Shown: positions 57,684-64,000 of the stretch, piece by piece
Position numbering within the stretch: position 1 is the first letter of the stretch
Layout: every line of letters starts with the position of its first letter
DNA from: Polyangiaceae bacterium
GTDB taxonomy: Bacteria; Myxococcota_A; Polyangia; Polyangiales; Polyangiaceae
Reading direction: 5' to 3'
Length of the DNA stretch: 64,000 bases
Assembly (NCBI GenBank): GCA_044376115.1
Contig: JBILLK010000018.1
Span: forward strand, 1-64,000
Made by a program: the position numbers and the translations under genes
Notes under the pieces: model-generated
Database searches by the model: none
Seen by the model: the letters and a program-made list of their open reading frames with translations, nothing else
What the model was told of the DNA's origin: nothing

Positions 57684-57722
57684 CGCTTTCAAGCCCGCAC
57701 GCCGCGCACTAGCATCCGCCGC

Positions 57723-58565
57723 ATGCCGCACAGCGCTGCAACTCGGATCACGCCCTTCGTGTTGACCCTCAACGAAGCGGAGAACATTGGTCGCACGTTG
57801 GAGAGCCTACGCTGGGCGGACAAGGTGGTCGTGGTTGACTCCGGTTCGACCGATGCAACCGAGACAATCGCTCGCTCCTTCGCCAACGTGAGCTGGCATG
57901 TGCGGCGCTTCGATTCGTTTCAGGGCCAGTCGGAGTTCGCGCTCCATCACACCGGGATCGAAAGCGAATATGCGCTCGCGCTCGACGCCGACATGGCGCT
58001 GACCGATGCGCTGACGGAGGAGTTCGGGCGCAACTTCTTGTCCGGAGGCTACGCGGGCGCGATGGTGCCGTTCGACTATCGTATCCACGGACGGTCGCTG
58101 CTCGGCTCGATGTTGCGTCCGCAGTTGCGCCTGTTTCGACGCACCGAGGTCACGGTCGTGCAAGAAGGCCATGGTCACAAATTCTTCGTGCCCGGTTCGA
58201 TCTACAACTGTCGCGAGAAGCTGTTGCACGACGACCGCAAGCCACTCGAGCGCTGGGTCAACTCGCAGCTTGGTTACTCGCGACAAGAACGAAAGCGCAT
58301 CCTGGAGACGCTCTCGCCCAGCGTGATGATGAGGTTGCGACGCACCGGGCTGATGCCGCTCATCGCCGGAAGCTACGCCTACCTCAAGGCAGGCGGACCG
58401 CTGCGTGGCAACGCGGCCAAACACTATGCGTGGGAGCGCGTGGTGTTCGAATGCCTATTGTCGATGCGCCTGATGGAAGCAGAGAACTCGTCAGCCCTGG
58501 TCGCGGAAGCCGTCGGCGGGTCGGATGTTGGCGGCGTAAAGGCTCGGGATGATCGTCGCGAGTAG
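57723..58565 (+). CDS. GT2-family glycosyltransferase
   Basis: LTLNEAENI, VDSGSTD, LDAD, RLFRR. Confidence 0.92.
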   Translation: MPHSAATRITPFVLTLNEAENIGRTLESLRWADKVVVVDSGSTDATETIARSFANVSWHVRRFDSFQGQSEFALHHTGIESEYALALDADMALTDALTEEFGRNFLSGGYAGAMVPFDYRIHGRSLLGSMLRPQLRLFRRTEVTVVQEGHGHKFFVPGSIYNCREKLLHDDRKPLERWVNSQLGYSRQERKRILETLSPSVMMRLRRTGLMPLIAGSYAYLKAGGPLRGNAAKHYAWERVVFECLLSMRLMEAENSSALVAEAVGGSDVGGVKARDDRRE

Positions 58566-60308
58566 ACACAACGCGACCGAGATCGCGCCAGTGATGGCAA
58601 ACTCTTGCCACCGCATCAGCACCGGCAACTGCGAGATGAAGTAGACCTTCGGGTCGAGCGGGAAGGCCCACGTGCGCAGGATCTGACAGTTCACATAACC
58701 GAGCAGCAGGCCGAGCCCCGTACCCAGCCCGCCGATGAAGCCGCCTTGGTAAAGGAAGATGCGAAGGATACCGCCGTCGCTCGCGCCCATGGCCTTGAGC
58801 ACGCTGATCTCGCGCTTCTTGTCGAGCACCACCATGATCAAGATGGCCACAACCGCGAAGGCCGCGACCAAGATGATCAACGCGAGCACAGCGCTCATGC
58901 CGATCTGCTGAATCAACAAAGCGGTGAACAAACCGTGGTTGAGCTCCTTCCAATCCATGATGCGGTAGGCGCCCGGCGGGAGCGCCTCACGTACCGCTTC
59001 CACCACGGTGTCGGAAGCCTCGATGTCGGCGATCTTCATCTCGACGCCGGTGACGGTATCGCCCTCGTCGTAGAAGTGTTGGGCCTCGAACAAGTCGGTG
59101 TAGACGAGCTTCGAGTCGTATTGATCGAAGCCGGCCTCGAACATCGCCATCACGCGGAAGCGCTTGGCCACAGGCGCTTTGATCGCACCGCCAGAGAACT
59201 GAAAGCCGATCGTGGGGGAGGTGATCGTCACGCAGTCGCCGAGCTTGAGTTCGAGGTTGTCGGCAAGCGACACGCCCACGACCACGCCTGGCAAGGTCTT
59301 GATCGCCTCCGGGTCCTCACACGGGTCGGGCGGCCCGAGTTCTTCAACGACCTCGTCGTCGTCTTCCGGAAGCACGCTCTTGAAGCCGCCTTCCGGCGTG
59401 ATCGCGCCCCCGGACTTCGGGATCGCTTGCTCATCCGAAGGCTCGGCCGGCTCGTCGTCGGCGGCAGCGGTCTTCGCTCCACCACTGGCGGGCTTGGCCG
59501 ACGAATCGGGTTGAGCCGGAGGAGCTTTCTTCGCTTCGGCCGGCTTCCCTTCGGCCGGCTTCGTTTTGGCGTTCTTGGAGCCTTGGGGAGCGAGTTCCGC
59601 CTCGGCCTTCGCCTTCTCTTCGGCGAGCTTCTTCTGAGCTTCGGCGAACCGCTTCTCCTCCTCGACCAGCCAAGCGGGAGCAAAGCCGGATGAGCCAGGC
59701 GGAGGTAGGAAGGCGCCCGAACCGAGCGGCTTGGCCGAGGGCACGACCAACTTGCCTTGATCGTCGAGCGAAGGGACCTCGACCTTCGGCGGGGGAGGCG
59801 TCGCACCGGCTCGCCGCAGACCGTCGAGCATGCTGATGCCGCACGCGAGCTGAACTGGCTTCGGACACTCCCCAGCCTCACCTCGCACGATGTGGCGCGG
59901 CAAATCGAGCACCGGCGGAATGCTCGGATCCAAGCCGACGCCTAGGCTTGCCTGCGGGTCTACACCTTTGACCAGCACGCCCGTCGCCGTTCGCTCACCA
60001 TGCGCCAACATCATCGGGTTGATGCTGAACGGGGCTACGTTCAACACGCCGGGCACGCTCTTCACGCGCTCCATGATGTCGCGGTAGTTACGAAACTCGG
60101 TGGAGTGCTTCAGCACCAAGACGTGAGCGTTGACCCCCAACACTTTCTCGCGAAACTGCGCCTGAAAGCCGCCGGTAACGCTCATCACCGTGAGCAGCGC
60201 TGAAACGCCGATCACCACACCAAAGACGGCAATGGCGGTACCGACCGAAATGCTCGCGCGCTTCGATGCTCCGAGATAACGAACCGCAAGCGTCAGCGGG
60301 TAGCCCAT
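58491..60308 (-). CDS. LolC/E-type (FtsX family) lipoprotein-release ABC permease with large periplasmic insertion
   Basis: AVRYL, TVMSVTGGF, KGVDP, DWKELN, DKKREISVLKAMGA, VYFISQLP, PSLYAA. Confidence 0.88.
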   Translation of the reverse strand: MGYPLTLAVRYLGASKRASISVGTAIAVFGVVIGVSALLTVMSVTGGFQAQFREKVLGVNAHVLVLKHSTEFRNYRDIMERVKSVPGVLNVAPFSINPMMLAHGERTATGVLVKGVDPQASLGVGLDPSIPPVLDLPRHIVRGEAGECPKPVQLACGISMLDGLRRAGATPPPPKVEVPSLDDQGKLVVPSAKPLGSGAFLPPPGSSGFAPAWLVEEEKRFAEAQKKLAEEKAKAEAELAPQGSKNAKTKPAEGKPAEAKKAPPAQPDSSAKPASGGAKTAAADDEPAEPSDEQAIPKSGGAITPEGGFKSVLPEDDDEVVEELGPPDPCEDPEAIKTLPGVVVGVSLADNLELKLGDCVTITSPTIGFQFSGGAIKAPVAKRFRVMAMFEAGFDQYDSKLVYTDLFEAQHFYDEGDTVTGVEMKIADIEASDTVVEAVREALPPGAYRIMDWKELNHGLFTALLIQQIGMSAVLALIILVAAFAVVAILIMVVLDKKREISVLKAMGASDGGILRIFLYQGGFIGGLGTGLGLLLGYVNCQILRTWAFPLDPKVYFISQLPVLMRWQEFAITGAISVALCLLATIIPSLYAANIRPADGFRDQG

Positions 60309-60468
60309 TTCCCCGCAGTCTTTAGCAGACCTGGGCCGCCCTGCGACCCCCGAGTTGCGGAGCCTCCGGCCTTCTTCTCGAAGAGGCCAGTCTTGTTGCC
60401 GCATCCGCCTTCGGCGGAATCACGATTCTGTTGGGCAAGTCTGGCAACTTCGCTACGCTTGCCCAGCT

Positions 60469-61959
60469 ATGACATTTCCCGGGCGGACGGGTCCTCCCAC
60501 TCCTTACGCCGGAAGTTCGCCCGACCTCGTGGGGCGCAACACCCTCACGCGCAAAAAGCCCGCAACCGGCTCGCGTGACGCTGATCCTCTGGTGGGCCAG
60601 ACCATCGACGGTCGCTACCTGGTCGAAGGCGTACTCGGGGAAGGCGGCATGGGCGTCGTCTATCAGGCGCGCCACACCGGCATCGACCGCAAGGTCGCCC
60701 TCAAAGTACTGCGCTCGGAGTTCGCCAATGACAGGGAGATCCTCGAGCGCTTCGTGCTCGAGGCAAAGACGGCCTCTTCCCTCGGCAATCCGCACATCGT
60801 CGACATCCTCGACTTCGGTCGCCTGAGCGACGGCTCGACCTACTTCGCGATGGAGCACCTCGACGGCATCAGCCTGACCGAGGCGATCAATCAGCGTCTC
60901 AAGCCGGAGAGAATCGCGCGCCTCGGCATCCAGGTTTGTGACGGGCTTGCAGCAGCGCACGCACGCAACATCGTTCATCGCGACCTGAAACCCGACAACA
61001 TCTTCATCCTCAATCGGCAGGGCCAAGACTTCGTCAAACTGCTGGATTTCGGCATCGCCAAGGTCTCCACCGACGCTACCCAGAAGCTGACGCGGGCAGG
61101 TGCCGTGTTTGGCACGCCCCACTACATGTCCCCCGAGCAAGCGGCCGGAACCACGGTGGATCACCGCGCCGACATCTACGCGTTGGGCGTCATTCTTTAC
61201 GAGATGGCCTCGGGCAAGTTGCCGTTTGATTCGGACAACTTCATGGGGATCCTTACGCAGCATATGTACAAGGCGCCCATTCCCATTCGGGCGCTGGTGA
61301 ACAATTCCGATTGCCCGCCGGGCCTCGAGGCCATCGTACAAAAGTGCCTCGAGAAGCTGCCTGGATCGCGCTACCAATCAGTGACCGCGCTCGCGGAAGA
61401 CCTCAAGCTGCTGCTCGCCGGCCAGATCCCGCAGGCGGTCAACGAGCTGCTCGGCAAGTCGAACCGGATTACCGGCCAGGTTGACTACTTCAAGCACAAC
61501 GGGCCTGCCCTGCAGATCGTGCCCGGCACTCCGCCTGAGACGAAAAAGAGCAAGACGGGCGCCGTGCTGATAGGCCTGCTGGTTTGCTTGGCGGCGGCAG
61601 CGGCGGCCGGTGGCTACATGGTGGTCAGGCAACGCGCGGAACAACCGTCCGGTACAGCTTTATCAACAGCGCCAACAGGCGTTCCACCCAACGAGCCGAC
61701 CGTGACCGCTCCGCCAACCGAAGCAGCGCCTTCCAACACTGTCGAGACGACGCCCGTCGCTGTCGACTCCGCAACAGCTTTAGCGGTTGAATCGGTTGCA
61801 TCGGTGGCCACTCCGTCGGTCGCTCCGCCGCCGAGCACCGGACCCAGACCAACGGCTGTAGCCAAACCCACGGGCCCCGCACCAACGGCCACAGCGCGCA
61901 AGACCTCGGAAGACCCTTGGGAGGGGCCGACGAAGATATTCGGCAACAACCAACGGTGA
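60469..61959 (+). CDS. Membrane Ser/Thr kinase
   Basis: GEGGMG, VALK, HRDLKPDN, DFG, GTPHYMSPE; one TM; Pro/Thr-rich tail. Confidence 0.93.
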   Translation: MTFPGRTGPPTPYAGSSPDLVGRNTLTRKKPATGSRDADPLVGQTIDGRYLVEGVLGEGGMGVVYQARHTGIDRKVALKVLRSEFANDREILERFVLEAKTASSLGNPHIVDILDFGRLSDGSTYFAMEHLDGISLTEAINQRLKPERIARLGIQVCDGLAAAHARNIVHRDLKPDNIFILNRQGQDFVKLLDFGIAKVSTDATQKLTRAGAVFGTPHYMSPEQAAGTTVDHRADIYALGVILYEMASGKLPFDSDNFMGILTQHMYKAPIPIRALVNNSDCPPGLEAIVQKCLEKLPGSRYQSVTALAEDLKLLLAGQIPQAVNELLGKSNRITGQVDYFKHNGPALQIVPGTPPETKKSKTGAVLIGLLVCLAAAAAAGGYMVVRQRAEQPSGTALSTAPTGVPPNEPTVTAPPTEAAPSNTVETTPVAVDSATALAVESVASVATPSVAPPPSTGPRPTAVAKPTGPAPTATARKTSEDPWEGPTKIFGNNQR

Positions 61960-63344
61960 GCAGCCTTCCCTTCAGCCTCAGTCCGCCCACGGTGCCACCG
62001 TCGGTCTTCAACATCCTCGAACGTCTCCGCGAGAAGGGGAAGTACGGCTGGATCGTCGGCGGTTGTGTTCGCGATTTGCTTCGTGGTCAGGTGCCCCAAG
62101 ACTGGGACATCGCGACCAACGCCAGGCCCGAAGAGGTGGTGCGCATGTTCCCGCGGGTGATCGCCACCGGCCTCAAGCACGGCACGGTCACGGTGATGGA
62201 TCGCGGCGTTGGCTACGAGGTCACCACCCTACGCGGCGAGGGCGCCTACTCCGACGGTCGCAGGCCGGACTCGGTATCGTTCGTCGAGGACATCCGAGAA
62301 GACCTCGCGCGACGTGATTTCACCTTCAACGCCATCGCGATCGACGGCCTGGGTGAGCGGCTGATCGATCCGTTCGGTGGCGCCAAGGATCTCGAGGCTG
62401 GCCTGCTGCGCGCGGTCGGGGATGCGCGAGAACGTTTCGCCGAAGACGGTCTGCGCGTGCTCCGTGCGGCGCGCTTCTCAGCGACATTAGAGGTGTCGAT
62501 CGAGAGCGCAACCGAGGCGGCGATGGGCGATCCAACGTCCCTCGCGACCTTCAGAAAGGTGAGCGCCGAGCGCGTCCGTGACGAGTGGCAAAAATCGATG
62601 AGCGCCAACAAGCCGAGCCGCGCGTTCGACGCCATGGCCCGTACCGGCATCCTCGAGGTGATCAGCCCCGAGCTCTGCGAGTCGCGCGGCTGTGAGCAAA
62701 ACCGCTACCACGCCTACGACGTTTGGGGCCACGCAATGGCCTGTTTGGACGCGGCGCCCAAGGATCCGACGTTGCGTGTGGCGGCGCTGCTGCATGACAT
62801 CGGCAAGCCGCGTTCGCGCGCCTTTTCGCCCAAGACCAACGACTACACCTTCTACAATCACGAGGCGATCGGAGCTGAGATCGTTGATCCGCTCTTGCAA
62901 AAGCTGAAGTTCCCCAACGATGTGCGCCAGCGTATCGTCAGCCTCGTGCGTCACCACCTGATTTGCTACACCAGCGATTGGTCGGACACGGCGGTGCGTC
63001 GCTGGCTCAAACGCGTCGGCCTCGAGGTTGCCCCGCAACTATATGAACTCGGCCGCGCAGACGCGCGCGGTAAAGGGCGCCCGGCAGACGATGATCTGCG
63101 CCATATCGATGAGCTTGAGGCGCGAGCACAACAGCTTCTCTCAGCTGGAGCAGCCCTGTCGACGCGTGACCTAACGGTCTCGGGCCACGACCTAATGAAG
63201 GAGTTGTCGCTCAAGCCCGGCCCGGTGATCGGGCGAGTCTTGGACGCGCTGCTGGAGCTTGTGCTGGAGTCGCCTGAGCTCAATAACCGCGAGTCCCTTT
63301 TGACCGAGGCCCGCCGCGTGGCCGCCAGCCTCGCCTCTTCCTAG
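61956..63344 (+). CDS. cca: Class II tRNA nucleotidyltransferase (CCA-adding type) with HD domain
   Basis: VGGCVRD, DWD, EVTTLRGE.Y.DGRRP, EDLARRDFT, EDGLRVLR, ERVRDE, HDIGK; GTGA overlap with the upstream kinase. Confidence 0.88.
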   Translation: MSSLPFSLSPPTVPPSVFNILERLREKGKYGWIVGGCVRDLLRGQVPQDWDIATNARPEEVVRMFPRVIATGLKHGTVTVMDRGVGYEVTTLRGEGAYSDGRRPDSVSFVEDIREDLARRDFTFNAIAIDGLGERLIDPFGGAKDLEAGLLRAVGDARERFAEDGLRVLRAARFSATLEVSIESATEAAMGDPTSLATFRKVSAERVRDEWQKSMSANKPSRAFDAMARTGILEVISPELCESRGCEQNRYHAYDVWGHAMACLDAAPKDPTLRVAALLHDIGKPRSRAFSPKTNDYTFYNHEAIGAEIVDPLLQKLKFPNDVRQRIVSLVRHHLICYTSDWSDTAVRRWLKRVGLEVAPQLYELGRADARGKGRPADDDLRHIDELEARAQQLLSAGAALSTRDLTVSGHDLMKELSLKPGPVIGRVLDALLELVLESPELNNRESLLTEARRVAASLASS

Positions 63345-63445
63345 GCGCGAAGTTCAAGGGCGTACGACATGGGCTGGCAAAGGAGCTGCCGGCGAAAAAT
63401 CAAAGCGATCGACGCAGCCGCAGCGTACCCTTCGCTCCGGGGCCA

Positions 63446-64000
63446 ATGGTAGGGCGACAAGGACCAACACCCAAGGCGTCGTCACTCGGGCCAAACTTGG
63501 AGAGTCCCGACGAGCGACGAGCGATGCTCACGCGACAGATCCTGTCAGTGCTGCTGATGTCGGTACCGCTCACAGTCGTGCTCGCGCTCACTGCCGACGA
63601 AGCGAAGCCTGGGGTCGTGTTGGCGGTGTACATACCAACCGGCGTCGTCTTGGTCGCCTTGCTGATGCTTGCTCACGTCGGTCGAGCAAAACTCGCAGCC
63701 TGCGCGATTACTGTGTTCGCCTGGGCCCTCGTCAGTGTGGTCGTCTGCTTCTCCGGTGGCATCGGTACGCACGGAGTCTCGTACATCGCCGTCGCAATGA
63801 TCGCTGGGACGGCGCTTGGTGCGCGCGCCGGGCTCGCCGCCGGCGCAATCTGCATCGCATCCACCGGAGTAGCGCTGGTTGCGGAGCATCAGCGTTGGTT
63901 ACCAACGCCCATTGTTCCGGGTTCGATGAGCAGCTTCATCGCCATTTCCTTTGCGATCGCCGTGGTAACGCTGCTCCATCTCGCGGCCATCAAGCACATC
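63446..64000 (+). CDS. Multi-pass membrane protein, N-terminal part (truncated by window edge; possibly a sensor domain)
   Basis: Open frame from ATG at 63446 to the window end (185 codons) with about six hydrophobic segments; absent from the ORF track because it has no stop. Confidence 0.65.
   Translation, partial: MVGRQGPTPKASSLGPNLESPDERRAMLTRQILSVLLMSVPLTVVLALTADEAKPGVVLAVYIPTGVVLVALLMLAHVGRAKLAACAITVFAWALVSVVVCFSGGIGTHGVSYIAVAMIAGTALGARAGLAAGAICIASTGVALVAEHQRWLPTPIVPGSMSSFIAISFAIAVVTLLHLAAIKHI

Overview
This GC-rich window looks like chromosomal DNA from a myxobacterium, probably Polyangiaceae/Sorangiineae-like. That assignment is inferred from seven Hanks-type Ser/Thr kinases, Gly/Cys-rich lipoproteins, an MXAN_5187-C-like protein and an MglA-like GTPase. 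It opens with the tRNA-Thr/Tyr/Gly/Thr-tuf operon. Housekeeping genes include lgt, hflX, thrB, thiL, nrdJ, rnj, a PcaF/PaaJ-type thiolase, recN, map, a LolC/E-type permease and a CCA-adding enzyme. These are interspersed with about ten predicted lipoproteins, signalling genes, a DUF362/4Fe-4S redox pair and a small glycosyl/methyltransferase group. I found no CRISPR array, transposase, integrase or prophage. The best candidates for new biology are: (i) a co-oriented M48 peptidase, solo dynamin, MglB-less MglA/SofG-like GTPase and histidine kinase run; (ii) a tightly overlapping envelope lipoprotein operon ending in a degenerate NifU; (iii) several apparent pseudo-enzymes (ALDH-like, zincin-like, a D-to-E receiver on an EAL protein); (iv) a deaminase-kinase pair facing a 1260-aa non-RD kinase; and (v) tandem NrdR boxes plus a phased DnaA-box-like array between nrdJ and rnj. 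All calls come from motif recognition by eye; no database searches were run.
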